The position numbers and the translations under genes were made by a program. The notes under the pieces are model-generated. The model saw nothing but the letters and a program-made list of their open reading frames with translations. It searched no databases and was not told where the DNA came from. Shown here piece by piece: positions 1 to 8,507 of a DNA stretch of 40,897 bases; position 1 is the first letter of the stretch; each line of letters opens with the position of its first letter. This DNA is from Bacteroidota bacterium. Lineage in GTDB: Bacteria; Bacteroidota; Bacteroidia; Bacteroidales; B39-G9. The stretch is taken from contig JAUVJB010000002.1 in the NCBI GenBank assembly GCA_030592465.1, positions 1-40,897 on the forward strand, given 5' to 3'.

Positions 1-139
1 AAGTGTAAACTTTTTTCAGGACGAGACATAATAAATGTTGAAAATTAGACACGAATTTCACCTGTCTGCGTGCGGCACGCCTGACGTACCTGTCTCGTAG
101 CGAAATTTATCCGCATTTGGAATGGAATGTGAAACGGGA

Positions 140-175
140 TTTGGAACAGGTTTTGGAACGTGTTTTGGAACGTAG
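140..175. repeat. 12-bp tandem repeat x3 (tttggaacaggt / tttggaacgtgt / tttggaacgtag)
   Basis: Direct reading of the sequence. An 11-bp tandem caaccaacgca x2.4 follows at 199-225. Both lie inside the transposase remnant. Confidence 0.85.
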
Positions 176-199
176 AGACGCAATGCATTGCGTCTCTAC
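172..199. repeat. Perfect 28-bp palindrome with a GTAG head (gtagagacgcaatg|cattgcgtctctac), REP-like hairpin
   Basis: The reverse complement of 172-185 equals 186-199 exactly. A related copy is at 8472-8499. Confidence 0.9.
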
Positions 200-418
200 A
201 ACCAACGCACAACCAACGCACAACAAACGATACAGCCAAACCAAAAAATATATTTGGGCCACAACGCAAAAATTTGGCATCCATAAAACGCTGTATTAAA
301 TCTGCGGTAACAACACAAGCACAACAAATTAAACCGAATTTTGCATGGCAATCACGATATCACGACCATATTATTAGAAACAACGGTGAATATCAACTGA
401 ATACAAAAATATAAATAT

Positions 419-616
419 ATGAAAAAACACTTTTCCTGCTTTTTAGAAATATTATGGCTTATTGTATCAATATTAAGTCTTTTTGCAGGTATTCACAAAA
501 CTTATTATTATAATTTAAAAGATAGTTATATATTTTATATCTTTACATTAATTGGTTTATTTATGTATTTATATCGACGAAATTTAAGGAAAAACAAAAA
601 GGATAACACAAAATAG
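419..616 (+). CDS. Small hypothetical membrane protein (two predicted TM helices)
   Basis: 65-aa ATG ORF with two hydrophobic stretches (FLEILWLIVSILSLFAG and IFYIFTLIGLFMYLY) and a basic tail. It lies directly upstream of the CBS protein gene. I recognise no homology. Confidence 0.4.
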   Translation: MKKHFSCFLEILWLIVSILSLFAGIHKTYYYNLKDSYIFYIFTLIGLFMYLYRRNLRKNKKDNTK

Positions 617-637
617 AATATATTTTATAATTATAAA

Positions 638-1927
638 ATGAATAACATTATCATAATTCTTATTTCACTTCTTCTTTCTGCATTTTTTTCAGGAATGGAG
701 ATGGCTTTTATTTCATCAAACAAATTAAAAATTGAACTTGATAAAAAACAAGGACTATTCCCATCTAACATTATTTCAATTTTTTCAGTGCATCCCACAA
801 AATATATAGCAACAATGCTAATCGGGAATACTATTTCATTAGTTATTTATGGTATTTTTATGGCTATTATTCTTGAGCCTGTAATATTATTATATACTAA
901 GTCTGAAATATCTGTTTTATTAATACAAACAATAGTATCTACATTAATAATACTATTAACTGCTGAATTTATTCCAAAAACTTTATTCAGGATTAACCCA
1001 AATAAAATCTTAAATTTATTTGCAGTACCGGTACTAATATTTTATTATCTATTCTATCCAGTATCACATTTTACCATCTTATTTTCAAATAATTTTTTAA
1101 GCCGCATCTTTAAAATAAAAATAACAAAGAATGACACAAAAGTCTCCTTTGGTAAAATTGATTTGAATGATCTTATTGATAAAAATAAGAATATTAATAA
1201 AGAAGATTCGGAAATTGAACATGATATTAAAATTTTTAAAAACGCCCTTGACTTTTCAAAAGTAAAACTTCGCGAGTGTATAATGCCACGAAACGAAATT
1301 GTAGCATTAGATATTAATGATTCCCTTGACACTCTAAAACAAAAATTTATTAACACAGGATATTCAAAAGTTTTAATTTACGATGGAACTATTGATAATA
1401 TTATTGGATATACTCACTCATCAGAATTATTCAAAAACCCTGCGTCTATTAAAGATATGATACATAAAATACCAATAGTTCCCGAGACAATGCCTGCCAA
1501 CAAATTACTTTCCGATTTTATTCAAAATCATAAAAGTATAGCTTTAGTTGTTGATGAGTTTGGCGGAACATCCGGTATGGTAACAATTGAAGATATTATG
1601 GAAGAAATTTTTGGTGAGATAGAAGATGAGCACGACTCAACAGATCTTATTGATGAAAAAATTAACGAAAATGAATATCTTTTCTCGGGTAGATTAGAAA
1701 TTGATTACATTAATGAAAAATATACTTTAGAGCTTCCTCAAAATGAAGATTACGAAACAATTGCAGGTCTGATATTATCAAAATATGAAAAAATTCCTCA
1801 AATTAATGATAATATCATAATAGGCATTTATCACATTAAAATAATAAAAGTAAGTCAAACTCGAATTGAATTAATAAAACTTTTTATAGAAAAAAATAAA
1901 AAAACACTCAAAAAATTACAAACTTAA
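638..1927 (+). CDS. CNNM/CorC/TlyC-family membrane protein (DUF21 + CBS pair + CorC_HlyC), possibly GldE-like
   Basis: N-terminal multi-TM region, CBS-pair region and the family signature VVDEFGGTSGMVTIEDIMEEIFGEIEDEHD. Confidence 0.9.
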   Translation: MNNIIIILISLLLSAFFSGMEMAFISSNKLKIELDKKQGLFPSNIISIFSVHPTKYIATMLIGNTISLVIYGIFMAIILEPVILLYTKSEISVLLIQTIVSTLIILLTAEFIPKTLFRINPNKILNLFAVPVLIFYYLFYPVSHFTILFSNNFLSRIFKIKITKNDTKVSFGKIDLNDLIDKNKNINKEDSEIEHDIKIFKNALDFSKVKLRECIMPRNEIVALDINDSLDTLKQKFINTGYSKVLIYDGTIDNIIGYTHSSELFKNPASIKDMIHKIPIVPETMPANKLLSDFIQNHKSIALVVDEFGGTSGMVTIEDIMEEIFGEIEDEHDSTDLIDEKINENEYLFSGRLEIDYINEKYTLELPQNEDYETIAGLILSKYEKIPQINDNIIIGIYHIKIIKVSQTRIELIKLFIEKNKKTLKKLQT

Positions 1928-1955
1928 GGTTATATTTGCCAACTAAAATTGTAAA

Positions 1956-1969
1956 TTTTATTATCTTCG
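1956..1969 (+). promoter_or_regulatory. Putative Bacteroidota -7 promoter element (ttttattatcttcg; TATCTTCG approximates TAnnTTTG)
   Basis: It lies 42 nt upstream of the ppiD-like ATG. The identical 14-mer occurs 22 nt upstream of the ATG at 21157. A TTTG is present at 1935-1938. It is one mismatch from the TAnnTTTG consensus. Confidence 0.3.
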
Positions 1970-2010
1970 CAAATTCAAAAATTTAAGATAACATAAATAA
2001 ATAAATAAAA

Positions 2011-4125
2011 ATGGCCACATTACAACACATAAGAAACAAAGCAGGCGTATTGGTTGCAGTAGTTATAGCATTAGCACTATTAGCTTTCATTCTTGGCGAT
2101 ATGCTAAAATCGGGGCGTTCATTGTTTTCAAATTCGCAAAATGAAATTGCACAAGTAGCAGGTAAATCAATTCCTGTTCAGTTATATCAACAAAACGTTG
2201 AAGAAGCAACAGAAAACTACAAACGTAACACAAATCAATCAGCTGTTGATGAAGAAACAAGTGAAAAGATAAGACAACAAACTTGGGATCAATTAATTAG
2301 AAATTATGTAATGAAAAAAGAATATTCAGAGATTGGCATTTCTCTTAGCTCTGATGAACTTTTTGATATGGTTCAGGGAAATAATATTCTTCCACAAATA
2401 AAAGAAATTCCAATTTTTCAGAATAAAACAACCGGACGATTCGACCGATCATTAGTAATAGAATTCTTAAAAAACATAGATAGAGACCCTACCGGAAAAG
2501 CAAGACAAAGCTGGTTAGCTTTTGAAAAGGTAATTTCACAAAATCGTCTCAACGATAAATATAACAACTTGATAAAAAAAGGTTTGTATGTTACAAATCA
2601 AGAAGCAAAAGTCGAATCTCAAGAAAAAAATTACACAACTGATTTTGACTATTTTCTTTTGAGATACAACTCGGTTAATGATAGTTCTATTACCATTACT
2701 GATGACGATATTTCAAATTATTATAATGAGCATCTTAATAATTTCAAACAAAAAGCATCTCGTGATATTGAATATGTAACATTTGATGTTGTAGCTTCAA
2801 AAAAAGACAAACAATTGGCACAAAAATGGATTGACGATATTATTTACGATTTTACAAATACTGATGATGATGTTCAATTCGTTAATTTGAATGCAGATTC
2901 TCATTTTAATGACATTTACTACAAAGAAAAAGAGCTTCCTGCAAAAATTGATTCATTTGCTTTTCATTCAAAAGTTGGAAACGTTTATGGTCCATATCTT
3001 GAAGATGAAACATTTAAAATAGCGAAATTAAGCAAAATTGCATATTTACCGGACTCTGTTGAAGCACGTCATATATTGATTGCTTCTGACCAAAAAACCG
3101 GAGATTTCAAAAAAGCTGAAGCATTAGTAGATAGTTTGAAAACCTTAATTAAACATGGAAAGAGTTTTACCGATTTAGCAAAAAAATACTCTGCCGATCA
3201 AGGTTCAGCCGACAAAGGCGGTGATTTAGGATGGTTTAAAGAGAACACAATGGTTAAAGCCTTTAACGATTCATGCTTCTTTGCAAAAAAAAATGATTTA
3301 GTTACTGTTAAAACAAAATATGGTGTTCATCTAATCGAAATACTTGACCAAAGCAAAAAATATCAAAAAGTTCAACTCGCAATTCTTGACAGAAAGATTG
3401 AACCAAGTTCAGAAACTTATCAACGCATTTACTCACAAGCCAGTAAATTTGCAGGCATTAATAACACACAAGAGAAATTTGAAAAAGCTATTGAGAAACA
3501 AAATTTAACTAAAAAAGTTGCTAACAACTTAAGAGAAAACGATAAAAAAATCTCAGGGCTTAATTCCCCTCGCGAACTTGTAAGATGGGCATTCAAAGCA
3601 GAAAAAGGAAATGTTTCTTCTATATTTGAATTTGATAATAAATTTGTTGTTGCCACATTAACCGGTGTTAGAGAAGATGGTTATGCACCTATTGACCAAG
3701 TAAAATCGGAACTTGAAGTTGATGTCAAACGTGAGAAAAAAGCCAACAAACTAATTAAAAAAATTAACAACTTAATTAAAAATAACACAAACATTAACAC
3801 TCTGGCAAAAGAACTTAATACTGAAGTAAAATCTTCGGAAAATGTAAAATTTTCATCAATTGGAATGCCGGGACTTGGAGTTGAACCAAATCTCAATGCT
3901 GCTGCTGTAACACTTCAAAAAGATCAATTGTCAAAACCAATAAAAGGAAATAATGGTGTATATGTAATTGTAGTACAATCAATTACAGAACCGGATAAAA
4001 ACCTCGACATAAACAAAGAAAAAACTTCTCTCACTTATAATTTATTAAGACAAATAGATTATCAAGCTTACGAGGCGTTAAAAGAAAGTTCAAATATTAA
4101 AGACCACAGATCAAAATTTTATTAA
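2011..4125 (+). CDS. ppiD: PpiD-like periplasmic chaperone / parvulin-type peptidyl-prolyl isomerase
   Basis: N-terminal membrane anchor (AGVLVAVVIALALLAFILG), a long SurA_N-like region, and a parvulin block EARHILIA...KGGDLGWF...KTKYGVHLIEIL. Confidence 0.8.
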   Translation: MATLQHIRNKAGVLVAVVIALALLAFILGDMLKSGRSLFSNSQNEIAQVAGKSIPVQLYQQNVEEATENYKRNTNQSAVDEETSEKIRQQTWDQLIRNYVMKKEYSEIGISLSSDELFDMVQGNNILPQIKEIPIFQNKTTGRFDRSLVIEFLKNIDRDPTGKARQSWLAFEKVISQNRLNDKYNNLIKKGLYVTNQEAKVESQEKNYTTDFDYFLLRYNSVNDSSITITDDDISNYYNEHLNNFKQKASRDIEYVTFDVVASKKDKQLAQKWIDDIIYDFTNTDDDVQFVNLNADSHFNDIYYKEKELPAKIDSFAFHSKVGNVYGPYLEDETFKIAKLSKIAYLPDSVEARHILIASDQKTGDFKKAEALVDSLKTLIKHGKSFTDLAKKYSADQGSADKGGDLGWFKENTMVKAFNDSCFFAKKNDLVTVKTKYGVHLIEILDQSKKYQKVQLAILDRKIEPSSETYQRIYSQASKFAGINNTQEKFEKAIEKQNLTKKVANNLRENDKKISGLNSPRELVRWAFKAEKGNVSSIFEFDNKFVVATLTGVREDGYAPIDQVKSELEVDVKREKKANKLIKKINNLIKNNTNINTLAKELNTEVKSSENVKFSSIGMPGLGVEPNLNAAAVTLQKDQLSKPIKGNNGVYVIVVQSITEPDKNLDINKEKTSLTYNLLRQIDYQAYEALKESSNIKDHRSKFY

Positions 4126-4145
4126 TAAAAAATCTAATATTTAAT

Positions 4146-4184
4146 AAAAAAAAACAGACTGTCGAAAGATAGTCTGTTTTTTTT
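4146..4184. terminator. Bidirectional intrinsic terminator between convergent ppiD and yqeY
   Basis: 10-bp stem acagactgtc / gatagtctgt (one G-T wobble) with a GAAA loop at 4154-4177. It is flanked by an A-run (4146-4154) and a T-run (4177-4184). Confidence 0.85.
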
Positions 4185-4198
4185 ATAATTATATTCTC

Positions 4199-4645
4199 TT
4201 ACGACAATAAAGCCTTAACCTTATCGGCAATAATTTTCCCTTCTGCTCGTCCTGATAACTTTTTAGCAGCAATTCCCATTACCTTACCCATATCTTTTAT
4301 TGATGAAGCACCAATGCTTGAAATAATTTCTTTGATTTCTTTGCTCAATTCTTCATCACTCAATTGTTGTGGTAAGTAAGCTTGAATAATGTCAGCCTGA
4401 AAAACCTCTACTTCATACAACTCTTTTCTATTTTGCTCTTTGTATATATCGGCAGACTCTCTTCGTTGTTTTACGAGACGCTGCAAAATTTTAATTTCTT
4501 CATCTTTAGATAATTCTGAAGATGATCCCTTAGTCTTAGCAATTAATAATTCTGATTTAACAGCTCTTAACGCTTCAAGCTTTGCTTTTTGTTTAGCAAG
4601 CATTGCTTTTTTTATGTTTAATGTAATTTGGTCAAATAAGCTCAT
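4199..4645 (-). CDS. yqeY: GatB/YqeY domain-containing protein
   Basis: 148 aa. The N-terminus MSLFDQITLNIKKAMLAKQKAKLEALRAVKSELL and the overall helical pattern are typical of the YqeY family. Confidence 0.85.
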   Translation of the reverse strand: MSLFDQITLNIKKAMLAKQKAKLEALRAVKSELLIAKTKGSSSELSKDEEIKILQRLVKQRRESADIYKEQNRKELYEVEVFQADIIQAYLPQQLSDEELSKEIKEIISSIGASSIKDMGKVMGIAAKKLSGRAEGKIIADKVKALLS

Positions 4646-4666
4646 ATAATATTATTTTAAATTAAG

Positions 4667-6151
4667 TTAATCAACATTATCAAACAGATATGAATTATTG
4701 TGATTAATATTAGCATTATCACCACTTTCATCGTCGGACAAAGTGAACCTTGATATTTCTGTGCTGTCTTCTGAAAATAAGTTAAAATCCTCTAAATCAA
4801 TATCTTTTCTTTTGTAAGCCGGCACTTCCTCTAGTTCATCAATATTAGCACTTTTTAAATTGTTATTATTTCTCAATTTATTTCTGTCTAAACTGTTAGT
4901 TCTCTCACAAGACGTTTTAGGTCTTCTAAAATTTTTGCTTGCGTCTTCACTGCCATCCTCTCTTGTTGAAAGTTTAATATCAACATCTTTCTCATTTAAC
5001 TCAACTTTTTCAACATTAGTTTTACTAAATTTTATTTTTTTCTGTGCAGACGCAAAATTATCTCTCTTATTTAAAACTTTATTCTCAACCTCAAATGTAA
5101 TATTTGAATTAATATTTTCATCAAGAGAAATTTTTTCTTTCTTTTCAACATGTTTAACCGCAAATTCAGGAATAGCTTCAGTATTAAACCCTGTTGCAAT
5201 AATTGTAACAGAGATTTTTCGTCCCAAACTTTCATCAAGAGCATTACCCCAAATAATATCGGCATCTAAACCCGATGCATCTTGCAGATAATCAGTTATT
5301 TGACCAATTTCATCAACTTTTATTTCATCTTCTCTACCGGAACGTATATTCAGTAAAATATTTTTTGCTCCCCTAATATCATTATCATTCAAAAGAGGTG
5401 AATTTAAAGCTTCCTGAATAACTCTAAGTGCTCTATCATCACCTTCGGCAACAGACGAGCCCATTAAAGCAACTCCGCTATTAGTCATAACAGTATGCAC
5501 ATCAGCAAAATCAACATTAATATTACCCGGGACAGTAATTATCTCAGCAATACCTTTAGCAGCAATAGTTAACACATTATCAGCATTGGAAAAAGCTTTA
5601 GAAAACGGCAGATTGCCATAAATTTGTCGTAATTTTTCATTGTTAATAATAAGCAATGAATCAACATATTCTTTTAATTCAGCAATACCTTGAATAGCTT
5701 GATCGATTCGTCGTTTACCTTCAAACTGGAAAGGGATTGTAACAATAGCAACTGTTAAAATACCATTTTCTTTTGCCTCTTTAGCAATAATAGGAGCAGC
5801 ACCGGTACCTGTACCTCCACCCATACCGGCAGTAATAAAAACCATTTTTGTATTATGAGATAACAATTCAGTTATACTGTCAAGACTCTCAATTGCAGCT
5901 TGTCTTCCCATTTCGGGGTTATTACCTGCTCCACGTCCTTGTGTTAAAGTTTCGCCAAGCTGAATTTTTATTGGAACAGAGCTGCGCGCAAGGTCTTGTG
6001 CATCAGTATTACATACTACAAAATTCACATCAGTTATTCCCTGTTCATACATATAATTAACAGCATTACTACCGCCACCACCTACTCCAATAACTTTTAT
6101 TATTGAAGATTTTTCTTGTGGTAAATCAAAATTTATTAAATCTTCTAACAT
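4667..6151 (-). CDS. ftsZ: Cell division GTPase FtsZ
   Basis: Tubulin/FtsZ signatures [13 protein letters not shown] and [13 protein letters not shown]. The ORF-track start at 6223 is a TTG abutting a repeat. The first ATG ([27 protein letters not shown]) at 6151 fits homolog N-termini better. Confidence 0.95.
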   Translation of the reverse strand: MLEDLINFDLPQEKSSIIKVIGVGGGGSNAVNYMYEQGITDVNFVVCNTDAQDLARSSVPIKIQLGETLTQGRGAGNNPEMGRQAAIESLDSITELLSHNTKMVFITAGMGGGTGTGAAPIIAKEAKENGILTVAIVTIPFQFEGKRRIDQAIQGIAELKEYVDSLLIINNEKLRQIYGNLPFSKAFSNADNVLTIAAKGIAEIITVPGNINVDFADVHTVMTNSGVALMGSSVAEGDDRALRVIQEALNSPLLNDNDIRGAKNILLNIRSGREDEIKVDEIGQITDYLQDASGLDADIIWGNALDESLGRKISVTIIATGFNTEAIPEFAVKHVEKKEKISLDENINSNITFEVENKVLNKRDNFASAQKKIKFSKTNVEKVELNEKDVDIKLSTREDGSEDASKNFRRPKTSCERTNSLDRNKLRNNNNLKSANIDELEEVPAYKRKDIDLEDFNLFSEDSTEISRFTLSDDESGDNANINHNNSYLFDNVD

Positions 6152-6223
6152 AATGATATATTGTTGAGACCTTCCAGAGTCTGAAAGACCTGAAAGAGTC
6201 GGGTTAATTGTTATATTGTTCAA

Positions 6224-6287
6224 TTGTTAGACACGAATTTCACGAATTAACACGAAAAATTAGTGAAAATTTGTGTAATTAGTGTCA
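6224..6287. repeat. cacgaatt-word repeat module (ttgttagacacgaatttcacgaattaacacgaaaaatt plus an inverted partner ending gtaattagtgtc)
   Basis: The 38-mer at 6224-6261 recurs at 12521-12558 with 2 mismatches. A 17-nt piece (ttagacacgaatttcac) recurs at 45-61. gacac at 6230-6234 pairs with gtgtc at 6283-6287 as an imperfect inverted repeat. Confidence 0.85.
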
Positions 6288-6293
6288 AAGATT

Positions 6294-6335
6294 GTAAAAT
6301 CTAAAATCTAAAATCTAAATTCTAAATTCTAAATT
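6294..6335. repeat. 7-bp tandem repeat x6 (gtaaaat ctaaaat ctaaaat ctaaatt ctaaatt ctaaatt)
   Basis: Direct reading. The last unit overlaps the ftsA stop codon (6334-6336). Confidence 0.9.
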
Positions 6336-7635
6336 ACATTTTCCCATCATCTACCTCAAACATATCACTAAATTTTTCGAGGAAACCACTAAATATTTTT
6401 TTCTTCTTTCCTGAATCATTATCAACATTTTCTTGATTAGATGTATTAATTTCTTCAACATTATCAAAATCATTAAGCTCATGTTCATCATACCCTTTTA
6501 AAATCAAACCGATAGCTGTAGCATACTTAGGTTGGTTAATATCATCAACCACATCACTTGTTAAATGTTCATTAGGAAAACCAATACGCACATCCATTCC
6601 TGTTTTATATGCAACCAATTGAGGTAAATTTTTTAATAAAGCACCACCTCCTGTAATAACAATACCGGCACCTAATTTATCGGCAAAACCTGAAGTTTCA
6701 ATTTCAAAATAAATTTCACCTATTATTTCTTCCATTCTTGATTGAATGATATGAGCTAAACTTTTAAAAGAAATTTCTTTACTTGGTCTTCCACTAATAC
6801 CGGGTATAGTAACAACTTTATTCTCTTGTGCCTCATCGGCAAGTGCTGAACCGAATTTAATTTTTAAAGCCTCAGCTTGACGTTCTAATATTGAACATCC
6901 TATTTTTATATCATTGGTAATTATATTGCCTCCAAAAGGGATGACTGCAGTATGACGAATAATGCCATCGTAATAAACAGCAACATCAGTTGTACCACCT
7001 CCAATATCTGCTAAAGCAACGCCAACTTCTTTTTCATCTTCGGTTAAAACCGCATTAGAAGAAGCCAATGGCTCAAGAATTAATTTATTCACGTTTAAAC
7101 CTGCTCTATTAATGCACTTTTTTATGTTATTTCCGGAAGCTGTTTGACCGATAACAATATGGAAATTAGCTTCAAGTCGTTTTCCAAACATACCCACAGG
7201 ACTTTTCACACCTGTTTCATTATCAACAATAAAACTTTGAGGCAAAACATGAATTATTTCTTCACCAACATCAATAGGTATTCGATGCATGTCATCAATT
7301 AACATCTGCACATCTTCTTGGGTAATTTCCTCATCGTAAGTTTCCCTGTTAATATAGCCTCTGTTTCTAATGCTACGAATATGTTGTCCTGCTATTCCAA
7401 CAAAAGCATTATTAATTTTACAGTTAGAACTTTCTTCAGCCTGTTTAATTGCATCATTAATTGAATTAACAGTCTTATCAATATTAAGCACTACACCTCG
7501 CTTAACCCCGCTTGATGCAGAGTTGCCTAAGCCCAAAATTTCTAATTTTCCGGTTTTATTTTTCTTGCCAATTATGGCTACAATTTTTGTACTACCAATA
7601 TCAATAGCAGCAACAAAATTTTCTTTTTGGCTCAT
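6334..7635 (-). CDS. ftsA: Cell division protein FtsA
   Basis: Actin-like ATPase motifs AAIDIGSTKIVAIIG, DIGGGTTDVAVY and VITGGGALLKNL. The gene lies between ftsQ and ftsZ. Confidence 0.95.
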   Translation of the reverse strand: MSQKENFVAAIDIGSTKIVAIIGKKNKTGKLEILGLGNSASSGVKRGVVLNIDKTVNSINDAIKQAEESSNCKINNAFVGIAGQHIRSIRNRGYINRETYDEEITQEDVQMLIDDMHRIPIDVGEEIIHVLPQSFIVDNETGVKSPVGMFGKRLEANFHIVIGQTASGNNIKKCINRAGLNVNKLILEPLASSNAVLTEDEKEVGVALADIGGGTTDVAVYYDGIIRHTAVIPFGGNIITNDIKIGCSILERQAEALKIKFGSALADEAQENKVVTIPGISGRPSKEISFKSLAHIIQSRMEEIIGEIYFEIETSGFADKLGAGIVITGGGALLKNLPQLVAYKTGMDVRIGFPNEHLTSDVVDDINQPKYATAIGLILKGYDEHELNDFDNVEEINTSNQENVDNDSGKKKKIFSGFLEKFSDMFEVDDGKM

Positions 7636-7639
7636 ATAC

Positions 7640-8440
7640 TTATTTTTTTGTACAAATAATTTGATTACTATATTTTAAATTTATGCTTTTATATTTATTC
7701 CATCCTACTTTTGAGAATCCTTGCTTATATAACGCTTTTAATTTAGAAAACTTTTTATTAAAATCTTCAATATCACCAAACAAAATAATTTGAGAACCAA
7801 CTCTTGGTATTAATTCATATTCATTATTTTTAACATAAATTTGTTCAATTTGTGAATTCCAAAATTTATCATTATGAATAAACTTTGCCATAAGGTAAAT
7901 ATCACACAAAACACAATGTCGTTTTAACTCATCATTTTTTGACGAAGATAAAATATCTGTTGAGTAATTTAATGCATAAGGCTCATTAATATCGCCACTC
8001 GCAACTAACACACGAGCCGTATAATTTTTAGAAAGTGGCATTAATGCACCTTGCTCATCAATATAATAACTTTCGTTGTTATAATTAATTATTCGAACAA
8101 TTGGCGTCCGCTGTTCAATATCAATTTTTAAAACACCTTTTATTGTGCGGTAAACTTCCGATTTTTTTATAGACGGATTGTAATTAATTAAATCTTCCAG
8201 ATTAGCCAAATTAATACTATCAATAGGATAACCTAATAATTTTTCGCCTTTATCATAAATCATTGATATAACATCGTCTTCTTCAATAAAACGATTATGT
8301 GAATTATCAATAATATCAACATCAACAGAACTGCAAGGTATTTGTTTCTCTTTTTCAGAAACAAAACTAAAAGCAATTATTAAATAAGCAATTATTGCTA
8401 CCCAAAAAAATATTTCTTTTATATTTTTAATTCGTACCAT
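7640..8440 (-). CDS. ftsQ: Cell division protein FtsQ
   Basis: 266 aa with one N-terminal TM (IFFWVAIIAYLIIAFSFV) and a POTRA/FtsQ-like periplasmic part. Synteny is murC-ftsQ-ftsA. Confidence 0.8.
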   Translation of the reverse strand: MVRIKNIKEIFFWVAIIAYLIIAFSFVSEKEKQIPCSSVDVDIIDNSHNRFIEEDDVISMIYDKGEKLLGYPIDSINLANLEDLINYNPSIKKSEVYRTIKGVLKIDIEQRTPIVRIINYNNESYYIDEQGALMPLSKNYTARVLVASGDINEPYALNYSTDILSSSKNDELKRHCVLCDIYLMAKFIHNDKFWNSQIEQIYVKNNEYELIPRVGSQIILFGDIEDFNKKFSKLKALYKQGFSKVGWNKYKSINLKYSNQIICTKK

Positions 8441-8471
8441 ATTTAGTTTTTTATAGTCATTTGGGGTTTAT

Positions 8472-8499
8472 GTAAAGACGCACGGCAGTGCGTCTCTAC
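8472..8499. repeat. GTAG-type REP-like hairpin (gtaaagacgcac ggca gtgcgtctctac)
   Basis: 12-bp stem with one mismatch. The agacgc...gcgtctctac core is the same as at 172-199. It reads GTAG-agacgc on the minus strand. Confidence 0.85.
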
Positions 8500-8507
8500 C
8501 ATAAACA

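Larger units (their letters stand above)
133..414 (+). pseudogene. 3' remnant of a RAYT-like (REP-associated, IS200/IS605-type HUH/Y1) transposase gene
   Basis: The frame-1 reading from 133 ends ...FGPQRKNLASIKRCIKSAVTTQAQQIKPNFAWQSRYHDHIIRNNGEYQLNTKI*. From memory, this matches the conserved C-terminal block (FAWQxR[FY][YH]DHIIR) of Bacteroidota RAYT-type transposases. There are in-frame stops at 46-48, 82-84 and 130-132, and no HUH-bearing N-terminal half is in frame. The RDAMHCVST reading of the palindrome is in a different frame, and the body is filled with tandem repeats. I therefore judge it decayed or truncated. Confidence 0.5.

Noticed and set aside
44-61. Frame-2 reading RHEFHL of the cacgaatttcac repeat as the HUH motif of the RAYT remnant
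   Set aside because: The spacing is H-x-x-H rather than H-hydrophobic-H. It is in a different frame from the C-terminal block and is bounded by stops. The same DNA word is simply a dispersed repeat module (6224, 12521).
45-299. ORFs 45..284 (-) and 117..299 (+), listed in the track as 79-aa and 60-aa proteins
   Set aside because: Both are translations of the palindrome and tandem repeats (each contains RDAMHCVST because the palindrome reads alike on both strands). They mutually overlap and have no independent coding signal.
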